From the NCBI GenBank assembly GCA_004764695.1, contig SMSO01000034.1, forward strand, positions 620,001-684,000: a stretch of 64,000 bases of DNA, in the 5' to 3' direction. Shown here one piece after another: positions 11,990 to 22,080 of this stretch. The notes under the pieces were generated by a model. The model ran no database searches, was not told the DNA's origin, and worked only from the letters and a program-made list of their open reading frames with translations. How positions within the stretch are numbered: position 1 is the stretch's first letter; each line of letters opens with the position of its first letter. The DNA is from Schizochytrium sp. TIO01 (Eukaryota > Protista > Bigyra: Labyrinthulomycetes). The translations under genes were made by a program, and so were the position numbers.

Positions 11990-12307
11990 TCACCTCCTGA
12001 GCCACACTAGAAAGCGTGAGCATGCTCCTCGGAGCTTTTGCAATCGCCGACGCTCAATTCCAAATCCACGAGGCGAGCACACGAGCTTTCCAATCGCATC
12101 GTTCCCAACAGCCTTGGTCTTGCTGAAGCCAGCCAGCCAGCGTTGCTGTACCTGCAGAGCCCCTCGATCAGTCCATGCTCTTGGGGGCGTCTTGAACCAG
12201 CTTCGGGCGAAAGCAGAACTGCGGTCGCGACTGTGATTACGATTGTGGTTGCGGCAATAGTTGGCTGTTTGCGCCTGTGGCTGCTGTGGTTGCTCTTCGC
12301 CGGTCAT
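11990..12307 (-). CDS. Possible small hypothetical protein (105 aa) divergent from GAPDH
   Basis: ATG-initiated ORF with Q/N-rich start (MTGEEQPQQPQAQ); no recognisable domain. Confidence 0.2.
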   Translation of the reverse strand: MTGEEQPQQPQAQTANYCRNHNRNHSRDRSSAFARSWFKTPPRAWTDRGALQVQQRWLAGFSKTKAVGNDAIGKLVCSPRGFGIERRRLQKLRGACSRFLVWLRR

Positions 12308-12811
12308 TCATTCATTCTTCATGCGTTGGCGGAGGTCTGTCTGTCTGACTGTCTGTCTGGCCGCCTGAACTGATTGTCCTGACGCCGGTGGAATACAAAC
12401 CTCCTTTTTCTACCTGAAAGTTTCGATGGCGGATCGATAGTCTGCTGTCTGGAAGATCGCCTTTCTAGGGCCCTTGACTGACCCTTAGGCAGCGAATCTT
12501 CTGGCACTGCGAGAACAGCGGAAACTTTGGAAGAATTGGAGCTTCGCATCATTTTCATCTCATTTTCATCTCATTTTAACATTTTCAATTAAAAATGTTT
12601 TGCTTGGAGTCGCCTAAGGCTTGCTAGCTGGCGGGTAAGAGTGACGAGCAGCAGTGGGATGAAAATCAATGAAAAACGAAGCGATGCGATGCGATTGAAG
12701 TTTGAGGCCACTGAGATCTTGAGTTGGAGGCGATGAAGCAGAAGAGCAAATCCGGAAAGGCTGCATGCTATAGGGGAATCACTTGGAGACCGCTCGCGAA
12801 GGGAGCTCAGG

Positions 12812-13828
12812 ATGGCGAAAGTCAAGGTTGGCGTGAACGGCTTTGGACGCATTGGTCGGCTCGCGACACGGTTTTTGCTGGAGTCTGAGATCTGCGAGGT
12901 TGTGCATGTGAATGAGCTCAACGCAGATGTCACGGTGTCGGCGTACCTGCTGGAGTTTGACTCGATCCACGGGAAGTTTGGCAAGTCTGTAGAGGTGGTC
13001 GATGGCTGTATTGTAGTGGACTCGAAGCAAAAGATCTCATACTCTTCCTGTAAGACCCCTGGTGAAGTGGCATGGGCAGATGCTGGCGTGGAACTGGTGC
13101 TGGAATGCTCTGGCAAGTTCAACGACGAGGCTAAACTGCAGGCATACTTTGAGAAGAGTGTCCAGAGAGTCCTGGTGTCCGCCCCAGTCAACGGTGCAGT
13201 CAACGTTGTTGTGGGTTGCAATGATGAACTCGTCGAACCGAGTACCCGTATTGTCACTGCCGCAAGCTGCACGACAAATTGCATTGGCCCAGTGATTAAG
13301 TGCATCGACGAGACCTTTGGAATCGAACGTGGTATGATCAACACTGTTCATAATGTCACCAACACTCAATCTATTATGGACGCCCCCAACACGAAGAAAG
13401 ATGACCCTCGTCGCGCACGCGCTGGTATGCTGAATCTGGCCCCAACCTCTACGGGATCTGCCAAGGCAATCACAATGATCTTCCCTCACCTGAAGGGAAA
13501 GCTCAACGGTGTAGCTATTCGCGTGCCGCTTCAAAATGCCTCTATCACAGATTTGTCTCTCGAGCTCAAACGCGAGGTTACTGTTGAAGAGGTCAACGCT
13601 GCCCTTGCTGAAGCTGCGGATGATCACATTCTTGGCTATGAAAAACGTGGACTCGTTTCTACTGATTATATCAACGACACTCGCTCCTCAATCGTCGATG
13701 CTCTTTCTACCATGGTGGTTGATGGAAAGCTTGTTAAGATTCTCGCCTGGTATGACAACGAGATGGGCTATAGCGCACGTATGCGTGATATCGCTGAAAT
13801 TATGGCAAAGCAAATGTCTACTGCTTAA
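12812..13828 (+). CDS. gap: Glyceraldehyde-3-phosphate dehydrogenase, ArsJ-associated/Gap3 (bacterial) type
   Basis: GVNGFGRIGR, catalytic AASCTTNC, WYDNEMGY. Subfamily-type segments HNVTNTQSIMD, RRARAG, TGSAKAITMIFP, LNGVAIRVPLQNASITD, RSSIVDALSTMVVDG. Confidence 0.93.
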   Translation: MAKVKVGVNGFGRIGRLATRFLLESEICEVVHVNELNADVTVSAYLLEFDSIHGKFGKSVEVVDGCIVVDSKQKISYSSCKTPGEVAWADAGVELVLECSGKFNDEAKLQAYFEKSVQRVLVSAPVNGAVNVVVGCNDELVEPSTRIVTAASCTTNCIGPVIKCIDETFGIERGMINTVHNVTNTQSIMDAPNTKKDDPRRARAGMLNLAPTSTGSAKAITMIFPHLKGKLNGVAIRVPLQNASITDLSLELKREVTVEEVNAALAEAADDHILGYEKRGLVSTDYINDTRSSIVDALSTMVVDGKLVKILAWYDNEMGYSARMRDIAEIMAKQMSTA

Positions 13829-14412
13829 CCTAACCAGAGTGTCCCTAATTTCTGATCTCCTATCTGTAGAAAGGGTTCTTGCTTAATTATTGAGATTGTT
13901 GTGAGGCCCTCATTATTGAACCTTTCATACCATTTGTGTCTAAATAGCGTTCACAAAAGAAATTTTTCTTTTCTTCGATTCCATTTGATTTTATCAATTA
14001 TGCATACTGAAACATAACAGAGTTTCTCTAAATCTTAGGTTTTTCAAAGGCTGACGTGTTGCAGGGTCATAAGAGCAACGAAGAACTAGAGATGGTAGAT
14101 GATCGCAGAAATCGGAGCAAACTACTTTGGCAGAATCAAAGCAATACTACGTATACAGAACTTCTTATTTTTTCTCTAAAAAGAACAGGATTTAATAGGT
14201 CACTTGATCTCTTTGCAGATATTCCCTTCTTTCTTTTTACTCGGTTTTATTTCGAATAGAAATGGGGCGAAATTAGATAATTACAGGTCATACAGCAATA
14301 TACCTTCTACTCCACACAGATACATCGTGCAATCTATGAAGAATATGCATATTGATAAACAGAAAGCAAGGAAACAAGAAAACGGAACAGCGCGTAGCGT
14401 AAATCGTCAAAT

Positions 14413-15918
14413 TCAGGAAGGAACGGCAGAACGACCTTCATGATTCACAAAGGTTTGCGTAGTTGGGCGAGTGTACCTATTTGCACGGGCGCGTCGCTCC
14501 TCTCCTTCCTCTTCCTCCTCTTGAGCTTGAAAATCATCCTCTTCGTCGGCATCTAGCTCATCGTCCTCGAGACTGATTGACTTATCTCGGCTGTCCGAGC
14601 CGAACTTTTCTGCAAATTCTGCATACTGAGCTAGTTCTGACTCATCCACTGTTGGTTTGACACGAGTCAGGGCATCCATAAGCTCGGCCTTTGTAATAGC
14701 AGGAACACGAAGTAGCTCCGTGGGAAAGTCATCCTCCAATATATTTATATGGAACGCTCCTGGATCTGAGGATGTACAAGGCACAATCACAAAGCCTTGA
14801 GGTGGTCCCCTAGAGAACCACCCGGATAAGCGCGACATAATGCCTTGCCAAAGGCTTGGAGCTGCCGCGGCCTCTTCTGGAACGTATCGGAAGTACTTCG
14901 CCTGAAGGCACTTTCGCACAGGAATCATTAGTGCTTCATTGGCCAAGTTTGATATATCTGCTCCACTAAACCCCTTCAAGCCAGCTGCAAACTCCCTAAT
15001 ATCCTTTGTTCGCAGCGCCACAAGCGACTCGTCATCTCCAAGATGAATCTTCAAAATCTTCGCCCTCGCTCTCGGTCCCGGCATAGGCACATACACTCTC
15101 TTCTCAAATCGCCTTCGTAGCGCAGCATCCAAATCAAACGGATGGTTTGTCGCTGCGACTACGGTGACTTTGTCGTTATCTGTCCCAACCCCGTCCATTT
15201 GCTTCAACAATTCTGTCAGCAGACGCCTTGAGGCATCAGATCCTGAGTCTCCTTCGCCATCCCTCGACCTTCCCAATGCATCAATCTCATCGATGAAAAT
15301 CACCGCAGGTCTCTTCGAACGAGCTTCTTCGAAGATTAATCGCACAGCCTTTTCAGAGTCTCCTAGATGTTTGGAAACGATATCTGACGCAGAAATCGAA
15401 ATGAAGGAAGCCCCTGTCTCTTTGCTGAGAGCCGCTGCAATGTGTGATTTACCTGTTCCTGGAGGTCCATAAAGCAGAACGCCTTTCCACGGTTTCCTCG
15501 CGCCAGAAAAGACCTGAGGTTGAAGTTGCGGCAAAACCACAGCTTCGCGGAGGGTACGTTTGACACCTGCGAGACCAGCGACCTCCTTGAGTCCACCACG
15601 GCGAGCAGTACGAGACCCTTCTTCGTCAAAGGCAGCAGCGGCAGCAGAGGAGATAGAGTTTGGTTGCGACGTGGAATCTTGAGATCGGGAAAGACCTTGC
15701 ACAGTCTCAAGACGTGCAAGAAGATCGCTGAGATTTTGACGTACGCGGAGACGTTGGGAGGCCCGATGCTCGAGGCGGAGGTACGCGAGGAAGAACTCGC
15801 AGGAGAGCTCGTAATGATATGCGGCGAGAGCGAAGTCGCCTTGCTCGTCAGCATCTGTGGCCCTAGACCACGATCGCAGAGCCTTTGTGTACAAAGAGGA
15901 AGCCTTGCGGTCGACCAT
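14413..15918 (-). CDS. VPS4: VPS4-like AAA+ ATPase with MIT domain (divergent)
   Basis: N-terminal MIT-like helices. KPWKGVLLYGPPGTGKS (Walker A), IFIDEID (Walker B), LDAALRRRFEKR (SRH), beta-domain PCTSSDPGA, C-terminal KPTV...FAEKFG. First ATG at 15918. Confidence 0.85.
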   Translation of the reverse strand: MVDRKASSLYTKALRSWSRATDADEQGDFALAAYHYELSCEFFLAYLRLEHRASQRLRVRQNLSDLLARLETVQGLSRSQDSTSQPNSISSAAAAAFDEEGSRTARRGGLKEVAGLAGVKRTLREAVVLPQLQPQVFSGARKPWKGVLLYGPPGTGKSHIAAALSKETGASFISISASDIVSKHLGDSEKAVRLIFEEARSKRPAVIFIDEIDALGRSRDGEGDSGSDASRRLLTELLKQMDGVGTDNDKVTVVAATNHPFDLDAALRRRFEKRVYVPMPGPRARAKILKIHLGDDESLVALRTKDIREFAAGLKGFSGADISNLANEALMIPVRKCLQAKYFRYVPEEAAAAPSLWQGIMSRLSGWFSRGPPQGFVIVPCTSSDPGAFHINILEDDFPTELLRVPAITKAELMDALTRVKPTVDESELAQYAEFAEKFGSDSRDKSISLEDDELDADEEDDFQAQEEEEEGEERRARANRYTRPTTQTFVNHEGRSAVPS

Positions 15919-16444
15919 AGTGGAGGAGGGGACTTCAGGGGCTTTCACTCACCTCCGCACGTACAATTTGCGCTGGCGTGATGAGAAAGCTCGAGGAGCC
16001 AAATAGAATTGCTTCTTTGTTGAGAGGTTTTGATACCAAAACAAGGTGAGTAAACTTCAAAGTTAAAAGAGGGTGTGTATCGAAATTTCTTTTCTTTCTT
16101 TTCTTGGCAATCTTTGCAATAACGTCACCTTGCTTGCTTTTCTTATACTTGTGGCCTCACATGGTGAAGTTCCCCCGTTGCTTCGAATATTGCAACGAAT
16201 TCGTGGAGTGCCTACCTATACGCGCTCTCGAAAAAACGAAACCCTCTTTCGAATCTCTCCAGGTAACCATGAAAACAAGTAAAGGTTCCATAAGTTCTAG
16301 TTTGCTTAATGATCTTTTGCAAGATACAGGAGAGAAAAGAATCGCGAACAGAAACGAAGAGCGGAGATCTCATGCAAGGGATCTCCGTGCAAGGCTACAA
16401 TCAGACACTAAAAAGAGATAAACGTGTCAAAACCCCTGGGGGTC

Positions 16445-19400
16445 ATGACGGCGCCGTTGTTACTGGTGGCCTTAGCAGCAGGTCTTGTTGTGGTGTCTGT
16501 GAAAGGAGAGAAAAGGGACTTCCTGGATCCTCTGGTCAGTTCTCTCGTTGACGATCGTGTTCTAGTAAATGGAGATACTTGGGGTCTTGACAGTGCAGAT
16601 CTTGGGCCGAATGCGGCGTATCTAGTGGCACCCCAGGCACCTGTAGTTCCTCCTCGATGGAACCTCCGTTGCTTTGGAGAGAACTGCGCAATCAAAGTTC
16701 GGAATCAGAGTTTTGCAGCGAGCATTCCAGGAGACCTTCTTACTGATTTAGAGAACGCGAAAGTCATTGGCAACCCACTTTACGAGCTTAACTTTCGCGA
16801 AGAAAGCTATATTTGGTCTCAAGGAACATGGGTCTATTCGTTGGAGTTTTATGCACCAGACCTAGAGTTCTCATGGATTGTATTTGATGGGATCAAAATG
16901 GGTGCTCACATTTCTATCAACGGGGTAATTCGAGAAACTGCCACAGATCAGTTCCTCCGATACATTGTTCCTCTTAAACGAAGTGATCTTAATCGAACAA
17001 TACAACTAGAAATCATCTTCGATGACAAAATTAACGAGAACGGTCGCTTTATGGCGTGTTCTGGGGGTTGGGATTGGGCTCCCTTCACTCGGAGAAATAA
17101 AGGCGATGCGCATATTATGTCCAAAGGCATCTGGAAGTCAATATACTTTGTCTCATCGTTATCAAGTGCCATGATAACACATGTTGTACCGCAAATAGTT
17201 CCAGACAAGCACTATGTTCAACCCTTGTGCGGAAAGCCTGATCATGACAGTGATTGTGATGCCTCCTGGAAATTCCGCGTTTCTCTGCGAGCACACGTGT
17301 GGGCTCCAACAGAAGAGTCGATATCTTATCCAAATGTCTTTGTACAACTTTTTGCAGATTGGGCTCCGGATGAACCACTTGTTGCAACTACGCTTGCAGA
17401 AATTCCAAAAGATGGGGTTCTGGAGCTTAGGCCTGACCCTGCTAATTTATTTGTTGGGCGTGATCAAGTCAAACTATGGTGGCCGCTTGGCCTTGGAGAT
17501 CAGAATTTACACGAGCTTTCAATATGTCTAGGGATGGTCCCAAGTTCCGTGAATTGCGTTACCAGAAAAGTAGGATTTCGAGCTGCAGCTTTGGTAACGG
17601 GAGATGACACTGATTCAGAGTATGTGAAGTCAAGTCGTGATGCGGAGGGTAACTCTAATCATGGAATGTATTTTAGAGTAAATGGTCATATTATTCTTGC
17701 GCGGGGGTCTAACGTTATCCCCATGGACAATCAAGAAGGGCGGTATCGTGCAGACGCTCACGCTAAGTTGGTAGAAAACGCAGCATTAGCTCATTTCAAT
17801 CTCGTACGGATTTGGGGAGGGGGTGTATTCCTGCCGCGAGTATTTTATGAGACTTGCGATCGTCTTGGTGTTATGGTCTTCCATGATATGATGTATGCTC
17901 AACGAGGCCATTCGCCAATTCGTTCTGAAGTACAGGCTCGGGAAATTAGACATCAAGTTCGTCGCCTTTCACATCATCCAAGCATCGTTGTATGGAATAG
18001 CTGCAATGAATGTGTTGTAATACCAGATACCCCAACAGCCATATATGCTGACTTTGTTATCAAGCATGTGGTTCGCGAGGATGTTTCCAGAATCGTTTGG
18101 CCATCTTGCCCGTCAAATGGCTGGTCTCTTGGAGTACATCGGTTAACATCACTTCCTGTAGACCGGGAGATTGATTTGATCCCTTGGGTAAATACATCTT
18201 TCACAATCGAAGTGCATGGACCATATCGTCATGGCACTGGATTTGCAGCAACAAACGGAATCACTAAAATGCAAAGGTTTGCTCCTGATATGCCTATCAC
18301 TTTGCCCAATGCCTCAATGGCCGGAGCTGGTCCAAGCACGCCCAATCAGTTTGCGTCAGAATTCGGCACCGTCGTTATGAGCTCTTACGAGTCAATGGCT
18401 CCAACGCTAGAACCTTGCCATCATAGTCTCCATGGCGGGAGCTCGCCTGATACATGTACATCTGATATTTATGAAAATCAATGCCAGGGTAACAACACGA
18501 TGGCAGAAAGAAACTACCCGTGTGATAGCCTCATCGAGGCCTATTTTGGCCCGAACTTGAGTTTGGATTCTGTTGGCGAAGCCAAGTTCCGTGCCCAGTT
18601 GTACCTCTGTATGCTTGCTCAAGCTCTAGATATTAAAGCCTCTGTCGAAAAATTTCGGTCTGGAAACAGATTTGGTATTCTTACTTGGCAATTAAATGAA
18701 ATTTGGCCAACCGGAGGTTGGGGATCACTTGAGTACGGCTCTAATATGCAGGGCCAGGTTCTTGGTGGTCGATGGAAGATTCTTCATCATTGGTTTGCAG
18801 AAATGCTCTACAAAGATAGCATGGTGGCATGCGGAAAGGAGGACAAGTGTTACTTTCGCATGGATTACCATTACAGAGAAAAGAAATTTGGGCCTATAAA
18901 TTTGCTTGTTCATGATTTTGACACTCGTACGGGCAATATTTCTGTGCGATATAACCGCACCATTGACAAACCCTCGCCTTCGTTTACTGTGCAGCTTGTG
19001 GATCTCGGTGAGCAAAGTCTATCCTCGTCTAGCAAGAAAGCTAATATGGGAAGCTCTGTCCTCCGCATAGCGTCTTTGGTAGATAGGAAACGGAGACGAA
19101 TCCTTGCACAAAGCGAATCTTTACTTGCCTCTCCTCAAGAACTAGTTGCCGAGATGCAGGCTGATATGGATGTTGCAAGGATGCGCGGCACCTTCCGCAA
19201 TTCATCAAGACCGCTTCACGCAACTGTTTTGCCAGGATTGACAGAGAAAGGAAACTTTCGTATTCAATTAAATGTACAAAAAGAAGTGGAAAATGACAGA
19301 GAGTCGTCTCGTGGGCATGAGAGTGACATTCATCTGTATGTGTATTTGACCACGCTAGCGCAAGGACGTTTTCTCAATAACGGGTTCGCATTTACTCTTT

Positions 19401-19612
19401 CAGATGGTCGCCTCCGCTGCTATGCAGCACAGCAGGCAAATGCTGACCTAGAAAATGAAAGTTGCAATCGCCCCAAGGAAGTGGAATTTGAGCCACATCA
19501 AAGTGGCCAGCGAGAATTGCTAAAACAATCCCTGCGCGTGTTGGACTTGCGCCAGGCTGCGACCGAGCTGGATCTGTCTATGATTCGTGATCACGAAGAA
19601 GCTCTGATATAA
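16445..19612 (+). CDS. Secreted glycoside hydrolase family 2 beta-mannosidase
   Basis: Signal peptide MTAPLLLVALAAGLVVVSVKG. SGGWDWAP, LWWPLGLGDQNL, RGSNVIPMD, VRIWGGG, HHPSIVVWNSCNE (acid/base), FASEFG (nucleophile), WQLNEIWP. Confidence 0.9.
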   Translation: MTAPLLLVALAAGLVVVSVKGEKRDFLDPLVSSLVDDRVLVNGDTWGLDSADLGPNAAYLVAPQAPVVPPRWNLRCFGENCAIKVRNQSFAASIPGDLLTDLENAKVIGNPLYELNFREESYIWSQGTWVYSLEFYAPDLEFSWIVFDGIKMGAHISINGVIRETATDQFLRYIVPLKRSDLNRTIQLEIIFDDKINENGRFMACSGGWDWAPFTRRNKGDAHIMSKGIWKSIYFVSSLSSAMITHVVPQIVPDKHYVQPLCGKPDHDSDCDASWKFRVSLRAHVWAPTEESISYPNVFVQLFADWAPDEPLVATTLAEIPKDGVLELRPDPANLFVGRDQVKLWWPLGLGDQNLHELSICLGMVPSSVNCVTRKVGFRAAALVTGDDTDSEYVKSSRDAEGNSNHGMYFRVNGHIILARGSNVIPMDNQEGRYRADAHAKLVENAALAHFNLVRIWGGGVFLPRVFYETCDRLGVMVFHDMMYAQRGHSPIRSEVQAREIRHQVRRLSHHPSIVVWNSCNECVVIPDTPTAIYADFVIKHVVREDVSRIVWPSCPSNGWSLGVHRLTSLPVDREIDLIPWVNTSFTIEVHGPYRHGTGFAATNGITKMQRFAPDMPITLPNASMAGAGPSTPNQFASEFGTVVMSSYESMAPTLEPCHHSLHGGSSPDTCTSDIYENQCQGNNTMAERNYPCDSLIEAYFGPNLSLDSVGEAKFRAQLYLCMLAQALDIKASVEKFRSGNRFGILTWQLNEIWPTGGWGSLEYGSNMQGQVLGGRWKILHHWFAEMLYKDSMVACGKEDKCYFRMDYHYREKKFGPINLLVHDFDTRTGNISVRYNRTIDKPSPSFTVQLVDLGEQSLSSSSKKANMGSSVLRIASLVDRKRRRILAQSESLLASPQELVAEMQADMDVARMRGTFRNSSRPLHATVLPGLTEKGNFRIQLNVQKEVENDRESSRGHESDIHLYVYLTTLAQGRFLNNGFAFTLSDGRLRCYAAQQANADLENESCNRPKEVEFEPHQSGQRELLKQSLRVLDLRQAATELDLSMIRDHEEALI

Positions 19613-21530
19613 GAGCATCATAACCAGTAATGAGGTGATCGTCAATCATGCTTCGCTGGACATCTACCTCTGAGAAGAAATCGCATGGAACGTAGCTACA
19701 GGAAACTCCCATACCGTCACGGTAGATATGAAGGCAGGTACCAGGAGGGAAAAGAATAGGCTCGGCATAATCCACATTGGGATCTTTGATGCTGGGCGCG
19801 AGATATTTCTCGATCTGATCGTCGGCTTGCTCTATAAATTTGTCAATATTCTTTTCGTCAATCTCGAAGGGAAGCTGCCAACGCAGTTGCTGGATGGCCT
19901 CGCGAACGTCGCGTTTGGCACGATCAGTATAATTAAAGCTCATAACACTATAAGCCAAGTTTGCAATAGTTGCGCCGCTGCTACGGGGAATCACGTCGCT
20001 ATCATTGACTACGGTTGTCACATAGTCTTGGCAACGCTCCGAGAGCTCCCGGCTGAGAAGTGCTGGGCACCCAAAGTTGACCACCTCTATATTTTTAAAG
20101 CCAGCTTTTTTCATTTCAATTGCCGCGATTGTCGCAATACCGGCTCCGAGAGAGTGACCAATGATTTTGAAATTAACTTTACGCTTGGCGGCATCGTGGA
20201 TGTCGTTGATGAGATCCTTGTGGCGCTCACGCAGCCATCGGGCGGAGCGGACAAAACCGGCATGGGCATAGCCGCCCTCGTATTCCTCAGGATCAAGCAT
20301 CGCGTCTGTGAACATGTCGGCAATAGTTTTCGTGCCACGTACAACAATGAGAACTTCTGTGGGTTCAAAAAAACCCTTGCCCTCCTTGATTGCAATGTAG
20401 TGAGCAGGCTTTCCAGGTAGACTTTCCAGGCTAAGGAAAACCATGTCAAAGCCCTTTTCCTCGAGCATTTCCTTAATCTCCTTCTCAGTGTCGAAGTATG
20501 CGGCATCAGCAAAGCCTAGCGCTTCGTGAATCATGCGTACATCGTCAACATCAGCACCAAAGGTAAATCGATGTTTGCGGCGCTTCCACGACGGATTCTT
20601 TCGCTCGTCTTCATACTCGAGGTAGTAGAAGAGGGATGTTGGATTAAAATTGCGGAAGTCGATGTGGCCAAAAGCGTTTTCGAGAGACTCGCGAATGCGG
20701 TCTTGTTCATCCAAGAACAATTTCACCATTTTGGTAAAGCTCTGATTGGACTGAAACGAACCAGCATTGGCCGCCTCACGCGCTTTGCTAATGAGGTCCT
20801 CTAATGCCTCGTCCTTGTTTTTGGACGTCCACCCGGAGCCCATGAGCGAGTTGACGGTGGATGCCATATCCTTTAACTCGCTGATACCCTCAACCCGATC
20901 TTTGATGTAGTCCGACCCATGCTTCACCGTCTTGTTGAACTGCTCAAGAAAGTTAAGTCGATCGTCCTTGCGTTTCGCTTTAGCCTTCTCCCGATCCTCC
21001 TCGGTTCCGCTGGGGCTTGTAACAAAAGCTTTGGTCACCTTATCTTTGATCGAGGAGCCAATGTCCGCAGCTTCTTCGAACCATGCTATAAAAGATGTTC
21101 CGTTTTTCTTTTTGTCATTGTCGTCACCGTTGTCACTCTGAGAAGGTCCTCCAGATTGCATTCTTGCGGGCTGAAATCCGCGAGGGTTGGCCTTATGATC
21201 ACTCAGAGTTGAGAGTGCCGCAAGGCTGCTTGTCACAGCTGCTAGAACCATGGCCTTCCTTGAGAGCCGTGCTTCACGGGGTGGCTGTTGTTGTTGGCTT
21301 TGATGTTGATATTGATTATTAGTTTGCTGTTGCTGCTGCTGCTCAGCCTGGGCCGAGGTCCCTCTCGGAACAGGTCCTCTGCCAAAGGGAGCCTGGTTAC
21401 TCAGGTTTGCTCTTAGCACATGTTGCAGCGTGCGGTCATTCCCGCTGATGCTCCCACGTCCACGTACGCCTCGAGCGTTATTCTTGGCGCGGGCGCTCAG
21501 GCCTAGCTGTCTTCCAGACCACCGCAGCAT
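19578..21530 (-). CDS. Class 3 lipase (DAG-lipase-like), probable mitochondrial presequence
   Basis: VVRGT, AHAGF, nucleophile elbow IIGHSLGAG, NFGCP, NDSDVIPR, MIDDH. Arg-rich, acid-poor N-terminus. Confidence 0.88.
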   Translation of the reverse strand: MLRWSGRQLGLSARAKNNARGVRGRGSISGNDRTLQHVLRANLSNQAPFGRGPVPRGTSAQAEQQQQQQTNNQYQHQSQQQQPPREARLSRKAMVLAAVTSSLAALSTLSDHKANPRGFQPARMQSGGPSQSDNGDDNDKKKNGTSFIAWFEEAADIGSSIKDKVTKAFVTSPSGTEEDREKAKAKRKDDRLNFLEQFNKTVKHGSDYIKDRVEGISELKDMASTVNSLMGSGWTSKNKDEALEDLISKAREAANAGSFQSNQSFTKMVKLFLDEQDRIRESLENAFGHIDFRNFNPTSLFYYLEYEDERKNPSWKRRKHRFTFGADVDDVRMIHEALGFADAAYFDTEKEIKEMLEEKGFDMVFLSLESLPGKPAHYIAIKEGKGFFEPTEVLIVVRGTKTIADMFTDAMLDPEEYEGGYAHAGFVRSARWLRERHKDLINDIHDAAKRKVNFKIIGHSLGAGIATIAAIEMKKAGFKNIEVVNFGCPALLSRELSERCQDYVTTVVNDSDVIPRSSGATIANLAYSVMSFNYTDRAKRDVREAIQQLRWQLPFEIDEKNIDKFIEQADDQIEKYLAPSIKDPNVDYAEPILFPPGTCLHIYRDGMGVSCSYVPCDFFSEVDVQRSMIDDHLITGYDALISELLRDHES

Positions 21531-21763
21531 CGTCAGCTTGTGAGGAGCTTACCTAACCCCCCCTGCTCGATCCCAGCCAGGGCTTTCAGTCAATGCCGCT
21601 GCACGGGTCAGCACCCGACGGTGAGTTTGGGATTTGCTCGCAGGGGCTGCCCTCGCTAGAAGAGCGAGCTCAGTCAGAGAACTTGAAGATCTGAAGTTCT
21701 GAATTCCGTATTTCTTTCTTCAAGTTTTCTTTTCCTTGCTTCTATTCTCATGAGATCTTAGTG

Positions 21764-22080
21764 CCTACCTACCTACCTACCTACCTACCAATTAGCAGAG
21801 GGTAGACCCTGCTACCTGAAGGCACTCACTCAATCTCTGGAATTCGTCAGCGCCGTCATGGTAGAGCCGCGTTGCTTTCGGTAGGCAGAGCGCTCGCTGT
21901 ATAAGGCTTATACCCAGCTAGCTAGCTAGCTAGCTGGCTGGCTAACTCACTAGCCAGCCGGCCAGCCATCCAAGCAGCCGCTGTTGCGCTCACCTCCGAG
22001 TCCCTTCAAGTTCCACCAGACCAGGAAACTCTCAGCATGCATGCATGCATTCATTCATTCATTCTTTCTAGCTAGCTAGT
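21764..22080. repeat. Cluster of tetranucleotide microsatellites (CCTA, CTAG, GGCT/CAGC, GCAT, CATT)
   Basis: Several short tetramer runs seen directly. Confidence 0.75.

Noticed and set aside
12589-13627. Long antisense ORFs (251 and 196 aa) over GAPDH, and similar shadow ORFs over other genes
   Set aside because: Expected by-product of codon bias on the opposite strand of real genes; no motifs
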